The notes under the pieces were generated by a model. It was not told the origin of the DNA and did no database searches. It was given only the letters and a program-made list of their open reading frames with translations. The translations under genes were made by a program, and so were the position numbers. A DNA stretch of 64,000 nt from a bacterium (GTDB taxonomy: Bacteria > Ratteibacteria > UBA8468 > B48-G9 > JAFGKM01), in the NCBI GenBank assembly GCA_023230585.1, contig JALNXB010000004.1, positions 10,196-74,195 of the forward strand, written 5' to 3'. How positions within the stretch are numbered: position 1 is the first letter of the stretch; every line of letters begins with the position of its first letter. This document shows positions 1-9,191 of this stretch, piece after piece.

Positions 1-2302
1 ATGGATTTATTGAAACAGTAATAAAATCCCTTGAATTGAGTGTTAAATTTGTAGCGTTCGGGTCATCACAGATAAAGAGAAGGTATAGGTTGTCTTTGTC
101 GTGCCCTGAAGCAACCTTTGTTTGGATGTTTGAAGGGACTTTTTCATCATCAATCAAAACAAAGTCACCTTCCTTTTGAGATGTCCTCCAAAACCTTTCT
201 TTATCAGAACCATCTATAACTATTTTTTCTTTAACAGTTTTTGCATATATTACTTTGGAAGATATTTCCATTATGCCGATTTTTTCTAAGGCAAGTTTTT
301 CTCTAATTAGTGGTACTCTTCTTCTTAGGGTTGAAGGAATACCTGTATCTGAAAGATATCTGTTCGCTTGAGTTCTTATTGGTTCTATAGATTCTTCTGA
401 CAACCTAACGAGAGTTTCTAATCCTTTATCTTCTCCTATTCTTGCAAGAGCCCACGCAGAAAGAAGTTTAACTTCTAACTCTGAATCTATCATACTTCTA
501 AGAAGATAAGTTGAAGATCGCCTGTTAGATAAAAAAACAAAAATTTCAGCTGCAAGTTTCTGGTACTCAACATTGCTACTTTGAATATATTTCACTCCAA
601 AAGGAAAAGCGTCAGAAACATTCATCTTAGCAAGAGCCCACGCACATATAACTTGGTATTCAGGGTCAAAGTGGCGTGTCCCAACTTTTAATTGAGGGAT
701 TGCATCTCTATATTTTGACTCCCCTATAGCAAAAGCCGCAAGTTTTTTGATATTCATATCAGATTCTTGGATAAGGGTTTTTAAACTTCTGCCATAAGTT
801 CGAGAAGGAACTTCTTTTGATATCAGAAGCATCTTTTCTCTAACTTCGGGATATTTGCTGTACGCCATTTTAAGTAATAAATTCGTAAGTTGTCTTGAAC
901 CAGAAAGAATCTCAATCTTATTTAAAGAAACCTCTCTTTCTCTTTTATCAGTGCTTCTTATTTTATATGAAAGTTCATCTATTATCTTGCCAATTAGAAA
1001 ACTCGACTGTCTTTTTACTTGTCGGTTCTTTTCGTATCTTTCTTGGTAAACAAGAATTTTTAAGTAATCATCGTCATATCTAAAAGTGTTATATAAGGCC
1101 TTTATTGCAGAGTGTCTAAAAGAGGCATCTTCATCTTTTGCTTTTTCAATAAGAAACTCTTTTACAGAATCTCCTTTGCCAATATTGCCAAGAATAGTAA
1201 ACGCTTTAATTCTTGAGTTGTGCGGAAATGTGTCATTATCAATAAAAGTTTGTAATAGTTCATAAAAAACAGGGTCATTTATATCTCTGATTAATTTTTC
1301 AGCATACTCCCTTATTTGAGGTGAGTTATCCCCAAGTTTTTCAACTATATAAGGGTAAGAGAGAGGTTCACGAAAATTCTCAAGAGCCCACAATGAGTAC
1401 ATTCTAACCCTGTCATCTTTATCAATTAAGGCGTTAGATATACCAGTAAGGCTTTCAGAAGATTTTAGTCTAACAAGAGTTTTAATGCTTTCTATCTTCA
1501 CCTGTGTGGATTCTTCTAACAGAAGACTCTCTATCTCTTTATTGGCATCTTCTGATTTAAATTTCTCTATAGCCCATAAAGCCCTTATTTTTATCTCGTC
1601 TTTTTCATCTTCAAGCATCTTTATAAAAGAAGGAATCGCTCTTTTATCTTTTGACGCCTCAAGTGCCCATAATGTTCGGAGTCTAACCTCTGGATCTAAG
1701 TTGTCAACAGAATCAAGTAATGGTTTAATCTGGTTATCTGGCAACTTTTTGAACGCTGCACGGGAATTGTCTTTCCACATAAGACTAAATAAAGCCCATA
1801 AAAGTTTGGCTTTAACATCTTGGTTTGTATCGGTTAATTTTGATACAATAAAAGGTACAGTTGTTTCATCACCATATTTGTTTAGCCCAATAGCTGAATA
1901 ATACCTTACTTGCCAATAAGAATCTTTCATACCTTTTTTAAAATCTTCAACAGATGTCTCTTCTCCATATTTAACTAATCCTTGTATTCCGTATAGTCGT
2001 ACCTGCCAATATGTATCATCAAGAGTTTTTTTGTAATAAGGGATGCAGGTAGAATCACCAAGTTGTAAAAGAGCAAAAGAAATTTTTGTTCGAACTTCAT
2101 CGTTCTTTTCAGTACTCAAAACAGCCCCAAGTTCAGGTAAATATATTTTATTACCTGACTTAACCATTTTATCAATTATCTCTATTTTCTTCTGCTTTGT
2201 TCCAAAATTTAATCCTCTTATCTCTACATTATCTTTTGCATAAGAAAGTGAAAATGAAATCATACTAAATACTATTGTTGCAATTTTAATTTTTTTAATC
2301 AT
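1..2302 (-). CDS. Secreted HEAT/PBS-lyase-repeat protein with CBM9/DOMON-like C-terminal region (3' end lies beyond the window)
   Basis: Absent from the ORF track because it runs off the left edge. ATG at 2302 (minus), hand-translated open through position 1 (767 codons). Signal-like N-terminus MIKKIKIATIVFSMISFSLSYA. Many HEAT-type repeats (DPEVRLRTLWALEAS, DEIKIRALWAIEKF, DDRVRMYSLWALENF, YQVICAWALAKM). The last ~70 aa in the window (IDGSDKERFW...DKDNLYLLFICDD) look like a CBM9-type sugar-binding domain. Confidence 0.75.
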   Translation of the reverse strand, partial: MIKKIKIATIVFSMISFSLSYAKDNVEIRGLNFGTKQKKIEIIDKMVKSGNKIYLPELGAVLSTEKNDEVRTKISFALLQLGDSTCIPYYKKTLDDTYWQVRLYGIQGLVKYGEETSVEDFKKGMKDSYWQVRYYSAIGLNKYGDETTVPFIVSKLTDTNQDVKAKLLWALFSLMWKDNSRAAFKKLPDNQIKPLLDSVDNLDPEVRLRTLWALEASKDKRAIPSFIKMLEDEKDEIKIRALWAIEKFKSEDANKEIESLLLEESTQVKIESIKTLVRLKSSESLTGISNALIDKDDRVRMYSLWALENFREPLSYPYIVEKLGDNSPQIREYAEKLIRDINDPVFYELLQTFIDNDTFPHNSRIKAFTILGNIGKGDSVKEFLIEKAKDEDASFRHSAIKALYNTFRYDDDYLKILVYQERYEKNRQVKRQSSFLIGKIIDELSYKIRSTDKREREVSLNKIEILSGSRQLTNLLLKMAYSKYPEVREKMLLISKEVPSRTYGRSLKTLIQESDMNIKKLAAFAIGESKYRDAIPQLKVGTRHFDPEYQVICAWALAKMNVSDAFPFGVKYIQSSNVEYQKLAAEIFVFLSNRRSSTYLLRSMIDSELEVKLLSAWALARIGEDKGLETLVRLSEESIEPIRTQANRYLSDTGIPSTLRRRVPLIREKLALEKIGIMEISSKVIYAKTVKEKIVIDGSDKERFWRTSQKEGDFVLIDDEKVPSNIQTKVASGHDKDNLYLLFICDDPNATNLTLNSRDFITVSINP

Positions 2303-2312
2303 TTTTCTCTCT

Positions 2313-2984
2313 TTAATCGTTGTAAAAAAAAGCAGGAAAACCTATATCAACAATTTTTATTTCACCACAATATTCAGGTCCCTGGTTTATATAAAACCCT
2401 TTTTTAGAAAAACCAAAACTGACAGTTATGTTGCCTTTAATTGCTGAACCACAAACTTCTCCAGTATCAGGATTTAATCCTGAAGGAATATCTGCACATA
2501 CAACAAACTTTTTAGATTCATTTATTTTAGAGACCAATTTAGATGTTGGTTCTTTAAGTTCTCCCTTTATACCAGAACCAAAAAGAGCATCAACTAAAAT
2601 CGGTGCTTCAACCTTGAAATTATGTAATTTTAACTTATCAACTGAATAAGTTATTATATTCATTTTATGCAAAATATTGAAATTTGTAAAGGATAATTGT
2701 GTAAAGTTGTCTGGAGTGCCAAGAAAAAAGACTTTAACAGGAACTCCAAAATTGAATAAATACCTTGCCGCAACAAAGCCGTCTCCCCCATTATTGCCTT
2801 TCCCTGAAAAAATCCAAACTCTTTTATCTTTGTAATTAGAAAGTTTTTTAAAAACAATTTCTGCAAGAGACCTGCCAGCATTTTCCATTAGAATTTTGCG
2901 TGTAATCCCAATCTCTTTTTCTGTTTTTTCTTCTATTTGAACAATCTCTTTTACTGTAAGAACTTTTGTTTTCATATTAAACAT
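2313..2984 (-). CDS. NAD(P)H-hydrate epimerase (stand-alone YjeF N-terminal domain)
   Basis: Motif SGKGNNGGDGFVAARYL and DALFGSG typical of YjeF_N/NnrE. 223 aa, so there is no C-terminal dehydratase domain. Overlaps the murC stop by 8 nt; an internal start at M4 is possible. Confidence 0.8.
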   Translation of the reverse strand: MFNMKTKVLTVKEIVQIEEKTEKEIGITRKILMENAGRSLAEIVFKKLSNYKDKRVWIFSGKGNNGGDGFVAARYLFNFGVPVKVFFLGTPDNFTQLSFTNFNILHKMNIITYSVDKLKLHNFKVEAPILVDALFGSGIKGELKEPTSKLVSKINESKKFVVCADIPSGLNPDTGEVCGSAIKGNITVSFGFSKKGFYINQGPEYCGEIKIVDIGFPAFFYND

Positions 2985-4368
2985 TTAATTTTGCGATTAA
3001 CCCTTTAGCAATTGTATCTACTGGACCTGCTCCAATTGTAAGGATAACGTCTCCTGGTTGAGAAATATCAGCAAGATAATCGACTATCTCGTCAAACGAA
3101 GGTAAATATATCGCTTCCTGCCCGTTCAAATTGATTTTGTCAACAAGAACCTGTGAAGTAACAAGTTTTTTTTCAAGCAAAGAATCTCTTACAAAAAATA
3201 TTTCAGGCACAATAATTTTATCAGCAAGATTAAAAGATTTTGCAAAATCTTTCAATAAAATTCTTGTCCTACTATGTTGATGAGGTTGGAAAACAACAAT
3301 AAGTCTTGATTTTGGGAACAACTTCCTCATTGATTTTAAAGTGCAGGTAATTTCTGTTGGGTGATGTCCATAATCGTCAATCACAGTTATCCCTTTTATA
3401 TTAGCAAGTACCTCAGACCTTCTATGAACACCTTTAAAATCTTCGATTCCTGTTTTAATAAGTTCAAAAGGAATACCAAAACAGTCGGCGCATATCATTG
3501 AAGCAAGAGAATTTAAAATATTGTGGTGTCCGTGTGTTTTAGATTTTATGGTACCTATCTTTTTCTTTTTATAGCAGTAATCAAACTGTGTAAAATCTTC
3601 AAACACTTTTATATTTTCTGCGCGGTAATCTCCAGACAAAATACCGTAAGAGATAGTTGATTTATCCTTTAATTTATTGGCAACATTAGTTGTGTGTTTA
3701 TCATCAGAACAGTAGATAATCTTTCCACCAGCTTTGAGGTTACCAAAAAAACGCTTGAAAGCTCTTTTTATTTCTGTAATATTTTTATAATAGTCGAGAT
3801 GGTCTTTTTCAATATTTGTTACAATTGCAATCTCAGGTGAATAGTTTAAGAATGACCTTCTATATTCACAGGCTTCAACTATAAGAAAATCGCTCGCCCC
3901 AACACCTGAGTTGTTACCTGAGTTTAGCATTTGCCCACCAATAAGAAATGATGGACAAGCGCCAGCTGACTGTAATATAGATACAACCATAGAGGCAGTT
4001 GTAGTTTTACCGTGGGTACCTGCAACAGCAACACCTCTTTTGGTTTTCATAAGCAACCCAACTGCTTCAGGGTAACTTAGCATAGGAATACCATACTCAA
4101 GAGCTTTTATATATTCAGGATTATCAGGAGCAACAGCGTGAGAATATATAAATATATTTATATCTTTAGTTATATTTTTTTTTGTTTGAGTTAAATGTAT
4201 TTTTGCACCCTTAGCTTTCAACTCATCTAAAACAGTAGAGTATGTTTTATCAGAACCTACGACTTCTTTATTTATATTTAACAACATTCTTCCAAGACCG
4301 CTCATTCCTGTACCACCAATACCAGTCATATATATTTTCTTGGAAGACTCAAGTAGATTATTTTTCAT
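2977..4368 (-). CDS. murC: UDP-N-acetylmuramate--L-alanine ligase
   Basis: N-terminal GIGGTGMSGL, Mur ligase P-loop GTHGKTTT, DDYGHHPTE, 463 aa. Located next to murG. Confidence 0.93.
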   Translation of the reverse strand: MKNNLLESSKKIYMTGIGGTGMSGLGRMLLNINKEVVGSDKTYSTVLDELKAKGAKIHLTQTKKNITKDINIFIYSHAVAPDNPEYIKALEYGIPMLSYPEAVGLLMKTKRGVAVAGTHGKTTTASMVVSILQSAGACPSFLIGGQMLNSGNNSGVGASDFLIVEACEYRRSFLNYSPEIAIVTNIEKDHLDYYKNITEIKRAFKRFFGNLKAGGKIIYCSDDKHTTNVANKLKDKSTISYGILSGDYRAENIKVFEDFTQFDYCYKKKKIGTIKSKTHGHHNILNSLASMICADCFGIPFELIKTGIEDFKGVHRRSEVLANIKGITVIDDYGHHPTEITCTLKSMRKLFPKSRLIVVFQPHQHSRTRILLKDFAKSFNLADKIIVPEIFFVRDSLLEKKLVTSQVLVDKINLNGQEAIYLPSFDEIVDYLADISQPGDVILTIGAGPVDTIAKGLIAKLNV

Positions 4369-5440
4369 TTTTTACCAATCCAAGTATTAAGTTTGTATTT
4401 TTTTCTTCAAAATCAACGATAGAAAAATTTTTCATATTTTTCTGTATTTCGCTTCTGTTTTTAAGAAAATTATCAAAGAAATGAGGAAACTCTTTCAAAT
4501 TTTTCTCATTCTGTTTTATAACTGCACATCCTCCTCTTTCTTCAAAATAGGAAGCGTTAAATGCTTGGTGTGCACCTGCATAAGGGTAAGGAACTATGAC
4601 AGCAGGAATTTTCCAAGCATTAATCTCAGTAAGAGTTCCAGCTCCAGCTCTGCAAATAACTACGTCAGCACAACTGTATAGTTGTGCCATATCAAAGTAG
4701 AATTTAAATACTTTAGCTGAGATTCTATTTTTATCGTACAATCTTTGCAATTTTTCAGGAGTTCCACCTGTTAGATGTAAAAACTGTAAATCTAAACCTT
4801 TTAAGTAAGACACGTTTTCGGTAATAAGTCTATTTAAAAAATCTGCACCTTGGCTTCCTCCAAAAACAAGAATAGTTAAACGTTTGGAAGAGAACCCAAA
4901 ATCTTTAAGAATCTTGCTTTTATCAAAATTTTCAGTAAAATCTTTAATAAGAGGAAAACCTGTATGAAAAGTGTTCCTAATAGGGTAACCCTCAAAAACT
5001 GGAAAAGTTATAGCTATCTTATCAGCAAAATATTTTGATAGTTTGGTTACTTTGCCCATTTTATAGTTTTGCTCATGGACAAAAATCTTTATACCGAGTA
5101 CCTTTGAAGCAAGTAAATAAGGTACTGTGGTATAACTACCAGTAATAACTATAGCCTTAAATCTTTTATGAACTAAATGTAAGAAAGCTCTAAAAAAAAC
5201 ATAAATAAATTTTAATGGGGAGAAAATATCTTTACAAGATAACCTTGCATAAGGTATAGTAACAAAACTAAACTCTTTCTTTTTAAGCCATTTTTGTATA
5301 TAATTTTTATGTGGTACAAAAAAAGAGATATCTACATTGTTTTTATTTCGTAATTGCTCCCCTATTGCAAGACCGGGAAAAAAGTGACCCCCAGTAGAGC
5401 CAGTAACAATGGCAATTTTTATTTTATCTGTTTTGTCCAT
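4358..5440 (-). CDS. murG: Undecaprenyl-PP-MurNAc-pentapeptide N-acetylglucosamine transferase
   Basis: GSTGGHFFPGLAIG N-terminal motif, GGSQGA, ICRAGAGTLTE. 360 aa. 11-nt overlap with murC. Confidence 0.9.
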   Translation of the reverse strand: MDKTDKIKIAIVTGSTGGHFFPGLAIGEQLRNKNNVDISFFVPHKNYIQKWLKKKEFSFVTIPYARLSCKDIFSPLKFIYVFFRAFLHLVHKRFKAIVITGSYTTVPYLLASKVLGIKIFVHEQNYKMGKVTKLSKYFADKIAITFPVFEGYPIRNTFHTGFPLIKDFTENFDKSKILKDFGFSSKRLTILVFGGSQGADFLNRLITENVSYLKGLDLQFLHLTGGTPEKLQRLYDKNRISAKVFKFYFDMAQLYSCADVVICRAGAGTLTEINAWKIPAVIVPYPYAGAHQAFNASYFEERGGCAVIKQNEKNLKEFPHFFDNFLKNRSEIQKNMKNFSIVDFEEKNTNLILGLVKNEK

Positions 5441-5577
5441 TAGTATATTATAACAGAAATTTAAAAATTTTTCTTATTTTTTTAAAGTATTATAATAAAA
5501 GGTTAAAAAGTGATTATTATTAAGGTATTATGATAAACATAAAAAGGGAAAAGAAAAAACTCTGCTTACTTAAAGGT

Positions 5578-5646
5578 TAGGCGGATAAACCATACTTCTC
5601 TCTCCTTTGGAACTACTCAAGATAAATCCCACAGAGGAGAAGGAGC
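5578..5646 (+). repeat. Degenerate copy of intergenic repeat module E
   Basis: GGCGGATAAACCATACTTCTCTCTCCTTTGG...CACAGAGGAGAAGGAG aligns loosely with GGCGGATAAACCTCATCCCATTAACTTCTCTG... at 56408-56492. It retains the CTTCTCTC / GAGGAGAAGG inverted repeat. Confidence 0.45.
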
Positions 5647-5680
5647 ATAGTGCTAATTTAATAGAGAAAGGAGATTAAAA

Positions 5681-7582
5681 ATGAGTAAACCATTAGTAAT
5701 CGTAGAATCCCCAACAAAAGCTAAAACCATTGGTGGTATGCTTGGAAACAAATTTAAGATTATGTCTACTATGGGACATATAAGAGACCTTCCAAAAAGT
5801 AAGATTGGAATTGATATAGATAATAATTTTGAACCTAAGTATGAAATAATTTCTGCAAAAAAGAGTTTGGTTTCTAAACTTCGCAAAGCTGCTCAGGAAT
5901 GTGATGAAATATATTTAGCAACTGACGAAGATAGAGAAGGTGAAGCTATTGCTTGGCATATTGCTTTTTCAATTGGGAAAGATTTAGACCAGGTTAAACG
6001 GGTAGCTTTCCACGAAATTATCCCAGAAGCTATCAAAAAGGCATTCGATTCCCCAAGACCTATATACCTTAACCTTGTTAACTCTCAGCAAGCAAGACGT
6101 GTATTAGATAGACTTGTTGGGTATACATTAAGCCCTTTTCTTGCAAAAAACCTTGAAAGAGGCCTTTCTGCTGGTAGGGTTCAATCTGTTGCTCTAAGAT
6201 TGATTGTTGAAAGAGAAAAAGAGATAGAAGCCTTTACGCCAGAAATATATTGGCTTATTAAAGCTGAGGTAGAGAAAGAAGGAAAAGGTTTTACTATGCA
6301 ACTTGTAAGAATGGATGATAAAAAACTTGATAGACATTTTTTAAAAAAACCTGATGATGTTAACAATATATTGGATAATTTAAATAAAGGCGAACTTATT
6401 ACAAAAGACAAAAAAGAATCTATCAGAAAGGTTAAACCTTATCCACCTTTTATAACAAGTACTTTGCAACAAGAGGCTTCAATTAGGCTAAGTTTTTCTT
6501 CTACAAAGACTATGCTTAATGCGCAACAATTATATGAAGGTATATCCATTGAAGATAACAACATAGGTTTAATTACATATATGAGAACAGATTCACCTTC
6601 AGTCGCTAAACCTGCTTTAAACCAGGCATTAAAACATATTAAAGAAACTTTTGGTGAGAATTATCTTCCTAAAAAACCATTCTTTTACAAAAGCAAATCT
6701 TCTACAGCCCAAGAAGCTCATGAGGCAATTAGACCTACTTCTGTTGATATGACGCCTGAAAAGGTAAAACCCTATTTGAACGAAGAACAACATAAACTAT
6801 ATTCTTTAATATGGAATAGATTTGTTGCAAGCCAAATGAAAGAAGCAGAAATTAAAAATGTAACTCTTACTGCTGAAAATGGAAGGTATACCTTTGAAAC
6901 AACTAACAACTCAATTCATTTTGATGGGTTTATGAAAATATGGGAAGTGAAGATAGACCAAGGTGAAAAAGATGTTCCAGACTTCAAAGAAGGAGAAACA
7001 ATACCTGTCACCAACTATATTAAAGAAGAACATACCACCAACCCTCCACCACGATATACAGAGGCAAGTCTAATAAAAACACTTGAGAAATACGGGATAG
7101 GAAGACCTTCTACTTACGCCCCTACCCTATCCATACTATTTAACCGTGGGTATGTTAAAAGAGAAAAGAGAACTCTTATACCATTAAAGATAGGAATACT
7201 TGTTAGCGATATTCTTACCCAATATTTTTCTGATATAATAAACACAAAATTTACCGCTCAAATGGAAGATAATCTTGATAAGATTGTTGAGGGGGATGTA
7301 CAATGGACAGAACTTATAAGTAAATTTTATTCTGAATTTAAACCAATGCTTACAAAAGCCGAAGAGTTGGTGTCTGAAAACATAAAAAAACTTGAAGAAA
7401 AACTGGTAGGTGATAAAGTGTGCCCAACTTGTAATGTACCGCTTGTTGTTAAAAGAGGTAAATTTGGGATGTTTCTTGGATGCCCAAGTTTTCCAAACTG
7501 CAAATATACAGAAAGGATAAAGGAAAATGTTAATTATTCCCGCAATAGATATAAAAAAAGACAAGATAGTAAGACTGTATAA
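5681..7582 (+). CDS. topA: DNA topoisomerase I (short form, single C-terminal zinc ribbon)
   Basis: TOPRIM start LVIVESPTKAKTI, DEDREGEAIAWH, ITYMRTDS active-site Tyr region, C-terminal CPTCNVPLVVKRGKFGMFLGCPSFPNCKY. SD-like AAAGGAG lies upstream of the ATG. Confidence 0.93.
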   Translation: MSKPLVIVESPTKAKTIGGMLGNKFKIMSTMGHIRDLPKSKIGIDIDNNFEPKYEIISAKKSLVSKLRKAAQECDEIYLATDEDREGEAIAWHIAFSIGKDLDQVKRVAFHEIIPEAIKKAFDSPRPIYLNLVNSQQARRVLDRLVGYTLSPFLAKNLERGLSAGRVQSVALRLIVEREKEIEAFTPEIYWLIKAEVEKEGKGFTMQLVRMDDKKLDRHFLKKPDDVNNILDNLNKGELITKDKKESIRKVKPYPPFITSTLQQEASIRLSFSSTKTMLNAQQLYEGISIEDNNIGLITYMRTDSPSVAKPALNQALKHIKETFGENYLPKKPFFYKSKSSTAQEAHEAIRPTSVDMTPEKVKPYLNEEQHKLYSLIWNRFVASQMKEAEIKNVTLTAENGRYTFETTNNSIHFDGFMKIWEVKIDQGEKDVPDFKEGETIPVTNYIKEEHTTNPPPRYTEASLIKTLEKYGIGRPSTYAPTLSILFNRGYVKREKRTLIPLKIGILVSDILTQYFSDIINTKFTAQMEDNLDKIVEGDVQWTELISKFYSEFKPMLTKAEELVSENIKKLEEKLVGDKVCPTCNVPLVVKRGKFGMFLGCPSFPNCKYTERIKENVNYSRNRYKKRQDSKTV

Positions 7583-8399
7583 AGGAGATTTCAATAAAAT
7601 AAGTCATTATGAACCTACTCCAGAAGACGCTTTTATACAATATTTAACTGCAAAAATTGAACGATTACATTTAATATTTCTTTGGGGGGCGTATTCTGGA
7701 AATATTTCTCCTGAAGAAGAGCAAGTGATAGATAAAATTATAAATGTTCGAGATATTTACGCAAAAAACACCTGCACAATACAGATTGGTGGTGGGATGA
7801 GGTCTTCCACAAGAATTTCCGAACTTATAAAAAAAGGTGTAGATTATATTATTGTTGGTACAGCTTTTATTATTCCTCTTGCTTTTGAGGAAGGTTTTAC
7901 AAAAAACGATATAAAAATGTTTTACCAAGCTGGAGGCAAAGAGTTTAATCAAGAAAAAGAATTGCCTGAATTTGGGCTTCCGGATTGTCTGGAGAAAGAT
8001 ATTCGTGAAAAGATTATTGTATCAATAGACTACAGGCAAGAAGAGACCGCTTTAAGCGGGTGGCAGGTAACTATCCCTTTAACTCCACACTATCTTATAA
8101 AAGAATTTATGAAGAAAGGATATAAAAGATTTATTTTAACAAATGTTGAGAAAGATGGTACCCTTGAAGGTATAGATATTGGTTCCATTAAAAACATTTT
8201 AGGTAAACTTGCTTTTGATAAGTGCTACCCTGAAGAAATAATTATTGCTGGCGGGGTTACCTCTGAAAAAGATATACAAAAACTTATGAACCTTAAATAT
8301 AAACCTTCTGGCGTTATTATTGGTAAAGCTCTTTATCAGCAGAGGTTTGATTTAAAAACAGCTGTTGCTAAATTTCAATTAAATGAAAATCAAAATTAA
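7527..8399 (+). CDS. HisA/HisF-family (beta/alpha)8 barrel protein, divergent and orphan
   Basis: N-terminus MLIIPAIDIKKDKIVRLYKGDF is HisA-like, and GGGMRS and IIVGTA are phosphate-binding-like. 290 aa with a ~25-aa insertion. The LHLVDLDGA segment is replaced by LHLIFLWGA. No other his genes are nearby. Confidence 0.6.
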   Translation: MLIIPAIDIKKDKIVRLYKGDFNKISHYEPTPEDAFIQYLTAKIERLHLIFLWGAYSGNISPEEEQVIDKIINVRDIYAKNTCTIQIGGGMRSSTRISELIKKGVDYIIVGTAFIIPLAFEEGFTKNDIKMFYQAGGKEFNQEKELPEFGLPDCLEKDIREKIIVSIDYRQEETALSGWQVTIPLTPHYLIKEFMKKGYKRFILTNVEKDGTLEGIDIGSIKNILGKLAFDKCYPEEIIIAGGVTSEKDIQKLMNLKYKPSGVIIGKALYQQRFDLKTAVAKFQLNENQN

Positions 8400-8979
8400 A
8401 GTTTCGTTCTTTTTTGTTTTAATATTATTTCTCTCTTCCTCGTTTAGGGTATTTCCTCAGGAATTTTCTGGAAAAATATCTACTGCCAACAATGAAGAAT
8501 ATTTTGAAAAAGTTTTAACAAAAATTAAAGAGGCAAAACAATCTGTTTACCTTATTATGTATATATCAAAATATTACGATAAATACCCTAAAAGTCCTGG
8601 AAATATTCTTCTTAAAGAATTAGCAGAAGCAAAAAAGAGAGGTGCAAAGGTAGAGGTTATTTTTAATCGTGGTATAAGAAAGGAGGATTCTTCGCTTACT
8701 AAAGAAAATATGAATACAGGCGCTTTTCTTGCCAAAAACGGTGTAACTGTTCTCTTCGATTCTGAAAAAAAAACCACACATTCAAAACTTCTTATTATTG
8801 ACGAGAAATACGTAGTAATAGGAAGCACCAATTGGACATATTATGCCCTTGCTTTTAACAATGAGACCGCAGTTATAATTGAATCGGTTCCTTTGGCGAA
8901 AGACTATGTAAAATATTTTGAAAAAGTAAAAAAAGAATGTATTTTTTTATTGAAACCATCTAATATTCCATCAAAATAA
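8383..8979 (+). CDS. Phospholipase D/Nuc-family protein with one HKD motif and a signal peptide
   Basis: HSKLLIIDEKYVVIGSTNWT is the HxK(x4)D(x6)GSxN motif. Hydrophobic N-terminus VSFFFVLILFLSSSF. 198 aa. Overlaps the upstream gene by 17 nt. Confidence 0.75.
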   Translation: MKIKIKVSFFFVLILFLSSSFRVFPQEFSGKISTANNEEYFEKVLTKIKEAKQSVYLIMYISKYYDKYPKSPGNILLKELAEAKKRGAKVEVIFNRGIRKEDSSLTKENMNTGAFLAKNGVTVLFDSEKKTTHSKLLIIDEKYVVIGSTNWTYYALAFNNETAVIIESVPLAKDYVKYFEKVKKECIFLLKPSNIPSK

Positions 8980-9052
8980 AACTACTGTAAGCCCTTCTCC
9001 ACTTCTTTTTGTTTTCTACCCGCACACTTTACCATCCTTAACGCCCCCTTTT

Positions 9053-9170
9053 GTTATCCTGAACTTGTTTCAGGATAACAAACTTAACCAACATAACAAG
9101 AGATAGTAAAAACGAGATTCCACCCTACATTCTTCTCTCCTCTGAGGGAGAGGATGCAAGGTGAGGGGGG
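9053..9170 (+). repeat. Composite intergenic repeat (module A hairpin, module B head, module C tail)
   Basis: A: GTTATCCTGAACTTGTTTCAGGATAAC (11-bp stem). B head: GTAAAAACGAGATTCC without its hairpin. GAGGGAGAGGATGCAAGGTGAGGGG also occurs, with one extra base, at 59971-59996. It lies between convergent genes. Confidence 0.85.
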
Positions 9171-9191
9171 CTGCCTTTGCAATTTCTCACA

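Noticed and set aside
855-2243. Plus-strand ORFs 855..1049, 895..1083, 1485..1901 and 2043..2243
   Set aside because: They lie antisense to the 767-codon HEAT-repeat frame. They are Ser/Leu/Phe-rich shadow ORFs with no motifs.
8383-8979. PLD-family protein in the topA operon as a Tdp1-like tyrosyl-DNA phosphodiesterase partner of topoisomerase I
   Set aside because: The idea is attractive because Tdp1 belongs to the PLD superfamily. However, the protein has a hydrophobic signal-like N-terminus and a classic single HKD Nuc/PLD motif, so a secreted or membrane phosphodiesterase is more likely. There is no direct evidence for the link.
9053-9079. Module A hairpins as classical Rho-independent terminators
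   Set aside because: The stems are strong, but no copy is followed by a U-run on either strand. Several lie between genes that appear co-transcribed. A terminator role cannot be claimed from sequence.
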